Assembly (NCBI GenBank): GCA_964270895.1
Contig: OZ185444.1
DNA: 64,000 nt
Strand: one strand, 5' to 3'
DNA from: Podarcis filfolensis
Lineage: Eukaryota
This document shows, piece by piece, positions 1-13,000 of this stretch. The position numbers and the translations under genes were made by a program. Under the pieces are notes generated by a model. It was not told the DNA's origin. It did no database searches and was given only the letters and a program-made list of their open reading frames with translations. Numbering within the stretch: position 1 is the first letter of the stretch; the number at the start of each line of letters is the position of its first letter.

Positions 1-254
1 GGTTGTGCTTAACCAGCTGAAGCCTTGCAGTATCTGAACATGTGCAGTATTGAGGATTTTTTCATGAATCTAACAGCTCCCCTTGGCCAGAGGATACAAA
101 TTTACCATACACAAAATCAAAAGATGCTGGAAATCCTAGACTCCTCATTGCCTCAGGAATAAGTCTGACTACAATGAAAATTTCCATGTCAAAAACCAAG
201 TATTGTAGGAACTGCACATCTCTTCCCAACTTGAGCTGAGATTTCCCAGCTTAC

Positions 255-338
255 CACTACTGCAGAGGAACACATGCCGAATGACAGGACCCAGCGCATA
301 TTCAGGCGATCCCCAACAATACCGCTGATAAAAAGACC
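255..338 (-). CDS. SLC37A3: SLC37A3 coding exon 4
   Basis: TTAAG|GLFISGIVGDRLNMRWVLSFGMCSSAVV|GTAAGC, 84 bp, containing the MFS motif A-like segment GIVGDRLN. Confidence 0.95.
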
Positions 339-3300
339 CTTAAAAAAAGAGAGGAAAATGTTACCATTTAACAATATGATGTAGTCTTTGAACTATGAAT
401 GCTTTCAACACAGTAGGCTTTAAGGTACCGCACTATTCTTTGTGGTTTGTATTCTAGAAGAGGCTATCTTGTATTCTAGATTTCTATATTGTATTCTAGA
501 AGAGTTCAAACCTCTGAAGGGCACCAAGTTAGGGAAGGCAGGAATCCATCCATGCCCTGGCTTCTGCAAAGCCACACAAGCATTTGGTGGATCCAGAGCT
601 TAATTCACTGGGAAGGATTGTAGATGGGTGGTGGAGCATCAGCCTTATCCACAGAATGTCCCAGCATCAACCCCGGCATCTTGAGGAAGGGCAGGTGGAC
701 TCCTGTCTGAAACCATGGCAGTCTACTGTCAGTCCATGTAGGCAATACTGAGTCAGATGGACCAAAGATGTCACTCAGGGTAAGGCTAGGTTCTTAAGAT
801 CCTACAAATGTACACACACCCCACACCAGACCTGAGGGGGTTGTGATCTTCTTTCTCTCTCTCTTGACAGGCTTTTAGAGTTTGATGGGGGAAAAGGTTT
901 CACTCACCACAGCGTACGAGAACAGGAAGATGGTGTCCAAAGTTCCAAGGAAGAGTGTGGCTTTCCTAGTATCGGGAAATATATGGCTATTGTTCCAGAG
1001 CTGCAGAGAGAAGCAAAAATTACCCCCAAATAGGGATCTCAAATATGCTGATGGGATAACCTAGCCTAACACCAACTTAAAAATGACCAGGAATAACCAG
1101 TACGACGCATCTTCAATGCCCCAGCCTTCATCAGAAGCACGAAGCAATCCCAGTACTGTAACACTGACTCCAACCACTAGAGGTCAGTCCCTTTTGCACT
1201 TTAGATAAAGATGTTAATGTTTTCATTCCTAAGGGCTATACTGAAGAGGCCCTATACTGTCTTACTTTTCAAAGTACAAACACACCCCACCCGGAATTAC
1301 CCAGAAAGGGCTGCTTCACATTTGACACTTACTCTTAACTTTTTTTTTGTTGGGGGGACATTGACACCATGATTCTGGTGCAGTTCTCCACTGAATGTCG
1401 ATTGGTTGGCAGACCCAGATCTGTGCCATGTCATGATGTTAAGCAACTTTTTACTTTGAACACAACTTTTTGAATGTAACCATCAACTCTTTGGGGGCAC
1501 GGGGCACATATGTAAACTGGAGAAGCTATTGCAGACACCATGCATGCAAAGCTGCCATACGCACGTACACAATACAATGCACACTCTCTTCCCCCCTCCA
1601 TACCAGTAATTAAAATGGGGGGGGGTGTTGGGATCCCCCCTAGGCCTACTGTGTGGGCTGAGAGGTCCCACTGGAGAGATCAGCTTTTCTCCCCACCTGA
1701 AATCTGTAGGAAGACACACATATACACTGCAACCATTAGGCTTGGGGGGAAGCACTTCTTTCAAGATGAACTTAAGCAGGGAAAGAGGAAGGAGCTTTTA
1801 AGGCACAAAGGAAGCTCTCTGTGGGCACATCTCTGCCCAGAGGCACCATGTTTGTGACCCTTACTGTGCCATCACAAACAGAACAATGTGCAATGACAGA
1901 TTATATTGCTGCTTCCAAGTGACAATTTGCAAACAGCCAAGCCATTTTCCATATGGTTATCTGGAGCACAAATCTCTAAAAGCGAGGGATACATTAGTCT
2001 TCTGACACTACCTGAAGGCATGAACCAAGAGCGCTGATGATTGTATTGTTACCACACACACAGCCTTTTGAAAGGACTAAGGGACAAGGGTATAGGTTAA
2101 GTGTGGAGCTGTGTGTACTTGCCCTGAATCAGAAAGGGAGGCAACCTGAGCTACTGCATGCCAGTGTGGTGTAGTGGTTAAGAGTGGTAGACTCGTAATC
2201 TGGGGAACCAGGTTCGCGTCCCCGCTCCTCCACATGCAGCTGCTGGGTGACCTTGGGCTAGTCGCACGTCTCTGAAGTCTCTCAGCCCCACTCACCTCAC
2301 AGAGTGTTTGTTGTGGGGGAGGAAGGGAAAGGAGAATGTTAGCCGCTTTGAAACTCCTTCGGGTAGTGATAAAGCGAGATATCAAATCCAAACTCTTCTT
2401 CTTCTTCTTAAGAATCACTGAATGCAATTGCTTTACTCCAGAGTAAGAATGCAGAGGATCGCAGCCTTATGGCAACTTGCAGACAGCCAACTTTAGTTTT
2501 ATGTCGAGTTAGGTGTGGCCAACTGTTGGCCCATAAGTAAAATCTAGGCCCCCAGAGCAATTTGATCTGGTTCTTGGCAGCCCGACTCACTTCTATTATA
2601 AGCATGCTAAAAATGTTCCCCCACCATTTCATGTGCATGGAAGAGAAAAATGTCTCCCTCCACCTTGTAAGCAAGGGAGCGATTCCACCGTGTTAATCCT
2701 CCTTTTATAGATTTTGTTTTGTGGCACCCCAGCTATTCCTGAGCACTTGTTCTCCACAGCTCCGACACCATGATTGGAAGACAGTACTTGTCTGCTTCTG
2801 AGAAAGGAGCCCATTTGGGCAGCAAAATACACATCTGCCACTGTCTCACTCACAGTCTGGGGGAAAGGGAGCAACCCAAGAATACAGAAGCTGGCACAAA
2901 AAAATTATAGTGTTATCCTATTCAGGTTTATCTGGAGGCAAGTCCCACCCATTTCTATAGGATCTTCCTTAAGAGCCATTGCTGCTGCAGCTGCTAAAGG
3001 ACGACAGTCATTTCCCTCTCTTGCTTCCATTAAAGGAAAATTCCAGACGTTACAGAGCTGGGTGAAATCTTAGAAAGCCTACAGTGCTGAAAAAGAGAAC
3101 GTCACAGAGTCTCCCTTTCTCTTGCTTTTGGCGGTTTGGATGAATACATCCAACACTGTCCAAAGTCAATATTTAATGGAGTCAAGATTACCTACGTCAG
3201 AAATCTTGTGCATTCTGCTTATTGAGAAACCAGGCTGGACTCGCACAAGCAGGAGAGCAAGGTGTGCCCCCCCTGAGCCATTCTTTCACATCACTGCTCC

Positions 3301-4431
3301 TATACAGAGGTCACGTGGGACACAATGCAGTGAAATCAGCCCCATGGAAGCTTCCTCCAATAGATCACTCTCCTGTGACAACAGGATGTAGTGCTTGGAC
3401 GTTACCCAAAGAAAGCACAGATTATTTGTTTTGGCTCCCACAATGGAGAAGGGAGCTTCCCCTTCCAGGTGACCAACTTTGTGAGATGACCTACCACTTC
3501 ACAAGTAATAGCTGTTGGGCCCACCCTTCCCTGGTGGACAGAAAAGCATCCCTTTTGGGGGCAACCTGCAGACCTGTAATATGAATTTTATATCTTAGGT
3601 TAGCCCTATTCAAACTAAACCCATTGAAATGAATGGATATGACTAACTTACCTCATTTGGCTGGAGGCTGGGGGAGGTGTTGTTATGGGGAAAGGGGGTC
3701 CACTGGTTGGATATGCTGACCTTGACATTGCTAAACGTCTTCCGGGAGGCATGAAGCAAAGAGTAGCTGGGAAATTTAAGGGGGTGGGGAAGAGGGGAGA
3801 GACAGAGAGAGAAAGAAGGAATATCACACACAGGTTATTTTCTCATACCTACAAGAATTGCTATCTGGTGTCCTGAGAGGTGCTGCCCTTGTCAGTGGCA
3901 AGTGCAATATTGGTTAGAGTGGGGAAGGATTTTAAAAACTCGGGAAGACTGCTTTTTGCATCACACTGTAGAAGAACAGAACCTCCCAAAAGCCAAACCA
4001 GAAACTAAAATGAATAGAAGATGAATTGGGGCAGGGATTGGGAACCTGTAGCCCCCCTGCTGTTGTTAAGAGTACTACTCCCATTGGCCCCAGCCAGCAT
4101 AGTCAGTGGTCAAGAATGACTGGAGTTGTAGCCCAGCAACTTCTAGAGCGCCACTAGTTTCTCACCAAAGGCAAGGAGGAGAACACCTGTTCTAGAATAA
4201 GAACATCCAAGCAAATATCAAGCAAGCATCTCCATCCAGAATCAGCTTCTTAACTGTCTCTCCACCTTCAACTTGCTCAACCGTCCACAAACCCCACAAA
4301 AATGGCTATCGTACAGACTCCGTTGCAACAACCTACCTGAAGAACGTGAGCAGGAACACGGCGACATGATGGTGTGTGCACTGCGACGTGAGGGTCCTGT
4401 TTGCAGGCGGCCTCCTCCGAACTCCAGGCAT
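255..4431 (-). CDS. SLC37A3: SLC37A3 (MFS sugar-phosphate exchanger 3), 5' coding part; gene continues beyond the left edge
   Basis: Exons 4337-4431, 3652-3766, 908-1000 and 255-338 join in frame with GT-AG sites to MPGVRRRPPANRTLTSQCTHHHVAVFLLTFFSYSLLHASRKTFSNVKVSIS...LFLGTLDTIFLFSYAVGLFISGIVGDRLNMRWVLSFGMCSSAVV, which matches the remembered human SLC37A3 N-terminus. Neighbours RAB19 and MKRN1 as at human 7q34. Confidence 0.95.
908..1000 (-). CDS. SLC37A3: SLC37A3 coding exon 3
   Basis: TGCAG|LWNNSHIFPDTRKATLFLGTLDTIFLFSYAV|GTGAGT, 93 bp. Not in the ORF track; read by hand. Confidence 0.95.
2160..2409 (+). mobile_element. tRNA-derived squamate SINE (Squam3/MIR-like) with (CTT)n tail
   Basis: A box tggtgtagtggtt, B-box-like ggttcgcgtccc, ctgggtgaccttgggc core, agccgctttga 3' block. 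Confidence 0.75.
3652..3766 (-). CDS. SLC37A3: SLC37A3 coding exon 2
   Basis: CCCAG|C TAC; YSLLHASRKTFSNVKVSISNQW...PNE|GTAAGT, 115 bp. Confidence 0.95.
4337..4431 (-). CDS. SLC37A3: SLC37A3 first coding exon
   Basis: ATG at 4431; ...HHHVAVFLLTFF-AG|GTAGGT, phase 2. Upstream acceptor at 4520-4521, so the exon probably begins at 4519. Confidence 0.9.
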
Positions 4432-4999
4432 AGCTCTCCTTCTGGCTTCCCCAACTCCCCTCCCCAACCCCCTTTCGCCCTTTCAGGGTAGAACGTAGAT
4501 TAGGTCATTTCTCTTCTCCCTTAATAATAAAAAAGAGGAAAAAGTAAGCAAAGGCAACATAATCAAAATCATTTTATTATTGCAATCCTCAGAGTCTTTG
4601 GACATTCCCAGAGTTGGATGGTCTGGTTTGTTTGACAATGAGAAATCAAACCTTTTGTGTTATCGGCCCATTCTGCCAATAGACATTCAATGGGCGCCTT
4701 TTGTGCCAATTTCTACTGAAAACTTTTCTGTTCTGCCAGGCCTTTGCAGGCCATTAAGAATACATTCCCCACAATGGTCTGTTGCTGTTTGTTTCCAATT
4801 TCTTTTTGCATTTAACTTGCTTTTAACTTTTTGTGATTTTATTGTCTGGTTTTATGTTTCCATTTTGTTGTAAATCAGTGTGAGATTTTTTATGATGCAG
4901 TGTCATATAAACTGTTTTATGAATAAAATTAAAAAGTTTCATAGAACTCAGTGGAATTTACTTATGAGAAAACTGGCTTAGAAATTTTTTTTTCCATTG

Positions 5000-5290
5000 A
5001 TGAGTCCCTTTGCACACAGCAGTGTGTCCAAATAACTTGCAAAACTTTAAGTGCATAAAGGATAATGAAAAACTGGAGAATACAATAAAAATCATGCATA
5101 AAACAGATGCAATAAAATTGAATAGCAGAGAAAATAACAGCAATAGACAGCAAAATCATCATAACCCATCAAATGCCTGGAAGAAGTTTTCATCTGGCAC
5201 CAAGAGAATGTTAACTGATGGTGCTACATGGATCTCACAAGGGAGAGCATTCCACAAGCAGGGAAACACAACTGTAAAGGCCCTGTCTCT
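5000..5290 (-). mobile_element. Degenerate L2 3' fragment
   Basis: RDRAFTVVFPCLWNALPCEI peptide. Confidence 0.6.
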
Positions 5291-6168
5291 TGCTGCAACC
5301 CTTGGAACCATAGAACTGTAGAGCTGGAAGGGACCCCAAGTGTCATGTAGCCCAATCTCCTGCAATGCAGGAATCTCAACTAAAGGAACCTGGAGGACAG
5401 CCTCAAATGAAGATTTAAAAATCTGGGTAGTTTCATATAGGGAGAGGCACGCTGAAAGATTAATGAACTTAGGGTCCTGTCCCACCACTATAAGAGGCCA
5501 AATACATTTATGTATATTTGTATGAAAGCAATGGACTCACTAGTAATATGTCTTTCCCAAGACCTGCCACCCCGAGTCTCAACATCTGCCCGAAAGTCCT
5601 AATGCAAGATGGCGATATGAGACAAGACATGGTTGGTAGCTGTGCTCTGTTTATGGAGGTCCCTCCCATTTGAGATACTAGCTATTTCTACACAAGAGAT
5701 GAAAACTTATTTGCCTTTGGAATCCGATGTTGGGGCTGGTTAAAGTAAAGGCTTTGTACTGCTGTTTTTATACTGGATGAGTGAATTTCTTCTGCTTTAT
5801 AGTTTATATTACTGATTATAGGAAGAACAGAGTATAAAAACTCTGAAATAAATGCAGCCACAATACCGAAGCAGAGCACACAGGAGCACTGGCCCACATG
5901 CTGTATTCTGTTTCCAAAAGCAAGCAGATGCAACTAGCCCGTCCAGGCATTCTGCTTGAATGTATAACCCAGATAAGGATGAGTGCGCTGTCCCACTGCC
6001 ATCCCCATTACATTTCAATTCTTAGAGGCTGAAGGTTTGAAGCAGGAAGATTCAAGAACTCATGGAGGCTCCGGACAGGCAGGGCTCTAAATCATGCAGG
6101 GAATCTCCATGAGTTTAGGAGGCTCCCCCCGATCAGAAACACCTTCCATGATCTTGAGGACAACAGAG

Positions 6169-6770
6169 CAGGGTGGATTTGATTTAAATTTAAATCACTA
6201 GTCAGTAAGACTTGATTTAAATCATTTTTTAAACAGACTCAATTTTGCTGGTATAATCTTAATATTTACAACCAGATGAAGGTTTCATTTTTGGCATAAT
6301 AAATTTTCAAAGACAATTTTGGTTATACTATTAGAAATACATAGATAATTATGAAATTATTGTGAGGTTTAATAAGTTAACTGTTTATATTTGGAGAACT
6401 TTTCTGCTGTACTTTATTGGAAGGAGAAGAATAATCATTTCTTTAATAACAATTTAAACAATTTATTTAACTAAAACAATAACATTATAGCACATGTATC
6501 CATGTTTGTTAACTGATGTGGTTAAACTTAAAAAAACAAAACTTAGACTGAGTTTTAGCACACATGAAAAACTTAAAACAAATCCTTATTTCCTGATGAA
6601 TAGGCTTTGGACTATAATATAACTTAAATAGAAAACTATCTTTAGAAATATTTTTCCTCCAAAAACATTTTATTTTAAAAATCCGATTTAAATAAAAAAA
6701 ATCTGATTTAAATAAAAAAACACCATTTAATATTTTTTTTTAAAAAAGCATTGATTTTTATCCACCCTTG
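6169..6770. mobile_element. Possible AT-rich hAT-like non-autonomous element
   Basis: Ends cagggtggat / atccaccctt with repeated gatttaaat subterminal motifs; no TSD found. Confidence 0.45.
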
Positions 6771-7558
6771 TCCCCACTCTCTGTTTTGCATGTATGTTGT
6801 ACTGTACACAGAAACAGAACTCCCAAATTGGAATACATCTGTGTCTCTGACTACAGATTACATTCATTGCTTGAGACGCAGCAGCTTCAAAACCACCCCC
6901 TGCCCTATGGCTGGAGTCTCCTAGAGAGAGACAGACAGGGAGAAAGCTGGAGGAGGCAACTGTTATTTGTCTAGGCTTATCTTATCTGTCCTTTAGTTGG
7001 CTATTTTTTCCTAGAAGTTGGGAGGGGGAGAAGGAAAATGAGCTGCTAGGAAGAGATCTTGGAGGAGATAAGCCACAGACTGCCCCTAGATCTGTGGCCC
7101 TCCAGATGTTGGATTATATCACCTTTAATGGTCAGAGATGATGGGGGTTGTAGTCCAGCAACATCTGGAAGGCCAAAGGTCAGCCACCTCTGCCTTAGGC
7201 AAACTACTGTTCTTTCAACCTCATTGTGCCCCCTCAAATCATTAATCCGGAAATAACACAATCATCCTACCTTACAGAGCTCTTGTTAAAGATTCACCAT
7301 CTTGCCCAATATTCTTAAGGATTACTGAGGTGACATGTGCTGTTCAGGTCTGAGCTACTCTTTAGGGCTATCATGGGACAAATCCAGAGCTTCTAAGCTT
7401 CCCTTCTTCTGAGCCAAGGGCCATAAAGGAGAGAGAAAGAGCCTCAACAGATCGGGGTGGAGAAAGAAGGCTCAGCTTCTGAAGCATGGGCTAGATAGTC
7501 ACCACTAATTATAACGTGAAGGTTGGCTTCACTCTAAAAGATGGGGGTGGTCCTTAGA

Positions 7559-7742
7559 AGAGGAGCTATGGCTCAGTGGTAAAGCATATTCCTTACATAC
7601 AGAAGGTCTCAGGTTCAGTTCTTGGCATCACCAGGTAGGGCTGGGAGAGACCCCTGCCTGAGAGCTGCTGCCAGTTTGTGTAGACAATACTGAGCTAGAT
7701 GGGCCAATGGTCTGATTGAGTTCGATAGCTTCCTGTGTTCCT
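7559..7742 (+). mobile_element. tRNA-derived squamate SINE with CR1-like tail; related copies near 620-805(+), 23010-23210(+), 29860-29995(-), 49130-49262(-), 56080-56225(+), 63620-63800(+)
   Basis: gctcagtggtaaagcat...ggttcagttc head; tagacaatactgagctagatgg..caatggtctga and gcttcctgtgttcct 3' blocks recur in the listed copies. Confidence 0.75.
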
Positions 7743-9289
7743 TCTCTTGCTAGTCAACAGAGGAACCTTGCTGAAATCAGTTCTACTCCAGTAACATTGA
7801 CAGAAAAACTGTAAAAGCAAAGAATACCAAGGAGTTAGGTAGGACTGATTAAAGGAGTTCCATTTTGCTTCCTACTCACTTTGGCAGCAGGACGCTGCGG
7901 GAATTAGCTATATTTGACACAGGAGCATTTGGAAACAACCAGCTAAGAGCAGTCAAGACGCAGAAGGCCTCAGCGGCTCTGGCGATCACAAAGCACTTAC
8001 TGGGTTAGGCTTGGATTTTCTCAAGCACACAAAGCTTGCAGGAGGCAAAAATTCTGCCAGGAACCAACAGCTGAAGAATATCCCCTTCATTACTTATATG
8101 GAAAGCTACTATATACTTTTCTGAGAATTGTACGGCACCAAACATTATCAAACACAGAGTCACATTTGCACGACTCCACTACAGCATGTTGCTCCACAGC
8201 CCATGAAATTGGGAAGGGTTCATAAGAGCTTGAAGGTTTTGCCTTCCATCTCATCACACACTGCCTTATTAACTTGATTAAGACATCAAATATTTATCCA
8301 GTAGATGCTCCCCTGCAACTCATTTTTCCTCCTCCCTTCCAGAGATTGCTGTAACCATATTTCCATGTTATGGCCGCATCAAGGTTAACTGAGGTTAAAG
8401 CTAACAGGATTGCTTCCAATCCATTAAGTAAAATAATGGTTTGGTATCAGCTTGCAAACCAATGTCTCAGGTTGTCTTCACTGCAGTTAGCCCCCAATGC
8501 AGAACTTAACTATTAAATCCACAGTGTGGCATTACCTTTATTGGAAACTACCAAAAAGTTTTTTGTTTCTTTAAGGTGGCAAGTTCTTCATCAGACAAAA
8601 TACTACACAAGACAAGGGGTGACTGTGCATGAAAAAATAAGAAAAGAACAAAACTATGGTTACAGCAAGCCGAAGAAGGGAGGCAAGAATTCATACAAAA
8701 GAGGGAAGTTGGCAGCCGGAAGGAACCACAAAGGCCTGCGGTGCACCTCCAATCTCCAATCTATGTACTATTACTTGAACCAGATTGGTGCCAGCAAGTA
8801 GCTAATATCCCCAAAATGTTCCTGGTCCCATCTGGGAACAAAGATAAGACTGACTGCACATGTCTTAAAACACCCCAAGAATTAGCTGCCCCGTTTTGCC
8901 AAGAAAGCCTTGAGGTACTCTTGCTTCCTCGCCACCCCAAATAACAGAAAACATTCCCTTGAAATAAATGCCCAACACCAACCGAAACACTTGCAAATTG
9001 CTGGCGGGATTACAACCTGACCAGGCTTAAACTAAAAACCCCCTTTTGTCTGTTTAATTCGAGAATAAATACAGAAATCCCGGACTTGTTTACTTTCCTC
9101 CGGCTTTTAACTCACATGCCTCCAGAGCAGCATTCCCTCCTTAACCTTAACAACATGCCTTGCAAACCTTGTCCCGACAAGGAAATAGGACTCCACCTGC
9201 TCAAACAGCTACGTGGCAGCAGGCTGCTGTTAAAAGGCACCCAGGGCCAGCACAACAAGCAGCAGCAGCTTCGGGCCATTTCCCGCTGA

Positions 9290-10070
9290 AGCCACGGCAA
9301 GGCGGACCCGCGTGTCCCAGGGCACGTCTGAATCCGGCCTGACCCGAAAGCCGGAGTCTTTCCTCCTTGCTTTCGAATAAGAATAATAATTTTAAAAAAT
9401 CACATTCAAGGACAATGACTCAAGAAACCTCACAAACCCGGCCGTGAGCGTGGGCTTGAGCGGCAGTGGAGCCGCCCCTGCCTCCCTCGCCTTCCCCAGC
9501 CCTCGTCCCCCGACCACGCCGGGGTTCCTTCCCTTCCCTCCTCGCAGCCCCCGGGAGCCTCCACGTAAACACCGCTCACCTGCCCGCATTTCCAAGGCAA
9601 CTTCCAGGAAGTCACGTGAGAGCCTCCTCTTCCGAGCCGGCGCCGCTCGCGCGCCACCTCTCCCGCTCCCTCGCCACCTCGGGCCGCGGCCCCGCCCACC
9701 TCGCCCTCGCGGTGCACTCTGGGAGTCGTAGTCCTCCTCCTCCTCCTCCTCCTCCCTGCTGCCCCGCGCTTCTTCAGCTCGCGAGGGCGACGGTGAGGCT
9801 GCGGTCGCCGGAGCCGGCAGCTCACCACGTTGCTTTCGACGGGCTGCGTTGTGGCGTCGTGGGATCGGGCCGCGCAGCGCCCCTGCGAGGCTGGAAAAGC
9901 CTTTGCCTGTTTCCTTCGGGGAGCAAAGCAGCGATTAACTACAAAACAACCACCACCATCTCAAACCCCGTTGAACTGAAGGGGACTGACTTCAGAGTAA
10001 ACGTGCATAGGATCGGGCCGTCATTTTGCCACTGTCCAGAAGCTGGGAGGGCGAGGGCGCCTCTCCAAAT
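9290..10070. promoter_or_regulatory. CpG island / SLC37A3 promoter with non-coding first exon(s)
   Basis: GC- and CpG-rich. Minus-strand donors CAG|GTGAGC (exon end 9580) and TG|GTGAGC (exon end 9826). GGAAGTCACGTGAG (ETS + E-box) at 9607-9620, GC box at 9691-9697, ACTACGACTCCCAGA (minus) at 9718-9732. Confidence 0.8.
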
Positions 10071-13000
10071 CTTGCTCATTTACCCGGGAGTAAGAATAGG
10101 CATTTAACAAGAGATATATTTCCAACAAACTTTTAAAAACTCCTGTGCTTTTTAACAGCTGCCTATCACTTAGAAATCCACCAAGTTGTTATTGTTATTA
10201 TTTATTGAATTTATATACCGCCCTATACCCGGAGGTTTCATTCAGGGCGGTTCACAAAATACGATAAAAATATAAAACCACAAAATACATAATTAAAATA
10301 AAAACAACAACCCAATAACCCCCCCCCCCAATTTAAGAGCATAGGATCCTCACAACATTTAAAGTAAGTTGTCTCCATCTCTGCATCTCTACCTGTAGAA
10401 TGCCTGCCTTCTGCTATGCATCTCTGAGAGGTGCAAACTTTCCAGTTGCTCAGAAATCTTTACCAATAGGAATGGAAATGGAGCCAGTGAATGGACTGTT
10501 AAAACAACACACACAAAAAAAAAACCTCTTACTCTTGCTGCAGTTATTGTGCTAGAAGGGATTTTACCTTTTGAGATTAAACAGCTCATCCTAGGGGGAT
10601 ACCACAGTCCCATTCCCCCACCCCTGCAAGGCTTCTGTGCTTCTAACAGTGATATATGAAAGGCAGAATTTCAACTAGCACAGTTTTTTCCTGACATGGA
10701 CATGCAGCAAAAGGAATGGCTCCAGCCTCCACCTGACAGAGCTTCAGTCCATTTTTAGATAGTGAGAACCTCAGTAGGCATCGCCCATAGGTTTATGTGC
10801 TGGCATGAGAAAAAACCCGCAGAATGTGCAGAGCAGGAAGAAAAGGTGGATATCATAGTTTCTTTCTGTTGCTAGATTTGAACGATGGTTTCTGGATAAC
10901 TTATTAATTATTTGACAGCTTGCTTCTCTCCTGGAGTCTAGAGACCTGTATCAGTTACTTGACTGCTGTGTGAGAAAAATTCTCAGTGCAGTTTGTAGGG
11001 GGAATATTGTTATTCTGAAATGTATAGCTAAACCAGATGCATATTTGATGTTAGTAGTAAATTAGGCTTAATAATGCAAGCAGCATCGTTACCAAAGCAA
11101 GGCTCTATGGACCTGAAAGCACATGCTACTGACTACAATAGCAATTCTGACTCAACATGTATAGGATTGGACTCGTAAATTAATGAGGAAGTTAAGTTTT
11201 TTTCTTTTAGGATATCAGGCCTGTGCTTTACTTCTCTGTACTTTCAACACAAGTGACTTCTCACTTTTGATCCTGTTTGAGAAAGTTGTGCAGACTTAAA
11301 CTCTTTGTGTAGTGCAATCCTGCGAATGCCCAAGGCTGCAGTCCTATACGGGATCCACTTACCTAGGGGTAAGCTCCCCCATCCCTTGGAAAACAGTGGC
11401 ACTTACCTCTTAGTGGCCAAGCGCAGAATGTTGCTGCTGGTTTCTTTATGACTGCCTGACAATGATTCACTTTTCAGCATTCATGCCATTCAGAGAAATA
11501 CAACACTTCCTTTGCACTGAGCTAGGAAGTGGCTTTCATATACAGCTGTATAGGAGTGCCTCTCTGGGGGTTGGTGCTTCAAGTAAGTAGTTAAAGAAAA
11601 GCTCAAGGATTGAGTTGGGTAAGATTTATTTTATAAACAGAATAGCCTGAAGACGTTGAACTTGTAGGACTACATTTCCCATCAGGCTGCAAGCAAGCCC
11701 AGGAAAGGTGGGAGGGGAATACAAAGAGAGCTATACCTGGCTGTGCAGGTAAGAGAAAAGGGTGAACAACAGGTGAACAAAAGTTGGTGTCGAGGTTTAC
11801 TACTGCTTTAAGATATTGTGGAGGGTTTTAATGTTTTACTGCATTGAGCAATGGCTGTCCCTTCTGTGGTCTGAGGAAGGGAAATTTTTGCTGGAGCAAG
11901 AGTTGGAAGGAGGAATTGTGGAAAGGGGAACTGATGGTGGCTTCGATGTTACGCTTGCTGTGATAACGAGGAAGCAGTTCTGCAAGGGGGCAGGCGCTGG
12001 AAAGAAAGGTTTCTCTTTGTTACTGATAAACCTACGAAGGGAAAATACAGGAGTGTGTGGGCTGGAAAAACTGCTCTTTCTCTCTGCCGCTCATACCGGT
12101 CCTAATGACTTATAAATGCACACTTTCTACCTGTTGTCCTTGGGTGTAAAAAGATATCTGCTCACCATGAGAGAATAGCTTCTTTGTGACAGTAGTGCTG
12201 ACAAGACAGTGCCTACTTGTTCTAATTTTTCTCCCAGCAAAAGCTGACCTCTCTCTTAGTACTGTGGATTATATGAATCGTGCTTTCTCAAGAGTGTCAT
12301 GATAAAGAGGTTGCTTCATGCGATCGGGTGATTCATCCAGCATAGGTAGAAGTAGATCTCAGGCTTGTGTGATCTTTGTTAGTTTTTACTATAAAAAAAC
12401 CCTGAGGTGAAGCAACTGTGAGGGTGCAAAATGGCGGTTTGGGGTCAGCTAGGGCGACTAGGTATAAAGTGATTTAGGGGGATGAGCTACCTACCAAGTG
12501 CATCCAATCCTCAAATTATTTGGTGGTGGGGAGAAGTAGAGGGGTTTTTATGAAATCCACAACCCTCAACCCTGATCACCACAACTTCTGCCCAATTCCC
12601 CGCTTGTACACAGTACCTAAGAGAGTGGGACCCCCATCTGCCTACCCCAACCCAGTAATTTGAAAACTAGCTGCATTTTAACATCCTTGTGCTAGAATGA
12701 CCTGCATATAAAAGAAAAGAAAAAAAGACACGGCATTTTAGACCTTTGATTGCCATTGCTAAACAACTGGGAGACAGAAACCCTTGCAAATCCACTGCAT
12801 ATCACTCTGTTTTGTCCTGGCCCCAGATTTATGTGGGCACATCATGCAGAACACCCAACACCTCCAGTTCAAAAGATAACAGGCAGCAGGATTAAAGTTT
12901 ACCCTGCCAATGCAGATGATGTCTGTTGTTATTATTATACCCATATTGGAGCTGTGGGCCAACAGCAAATTCACACCATCCCTTGTAAGCCCATTCAACA

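Noticed and set aside
2160-2230. tRNA genes at SINE heads (also 7559 and 15512)
   Set aside because: The A/B boxes continue into SINE bodies and tails, and there is no complete cloverleaf.
9392-10107. Long Pro/Arg/Gly-rich ORFs (up to 213 aa)
   Set aside because: Stop-poor frames of a GC-rich CpG island, with no recognisable domain.
12420-12470. YY1-like AAAATGGCGG plus TATAAA as a RAB19 promoter
   Set aside because: Short motifs outside any CpG island, expected by chance in 64 kb.
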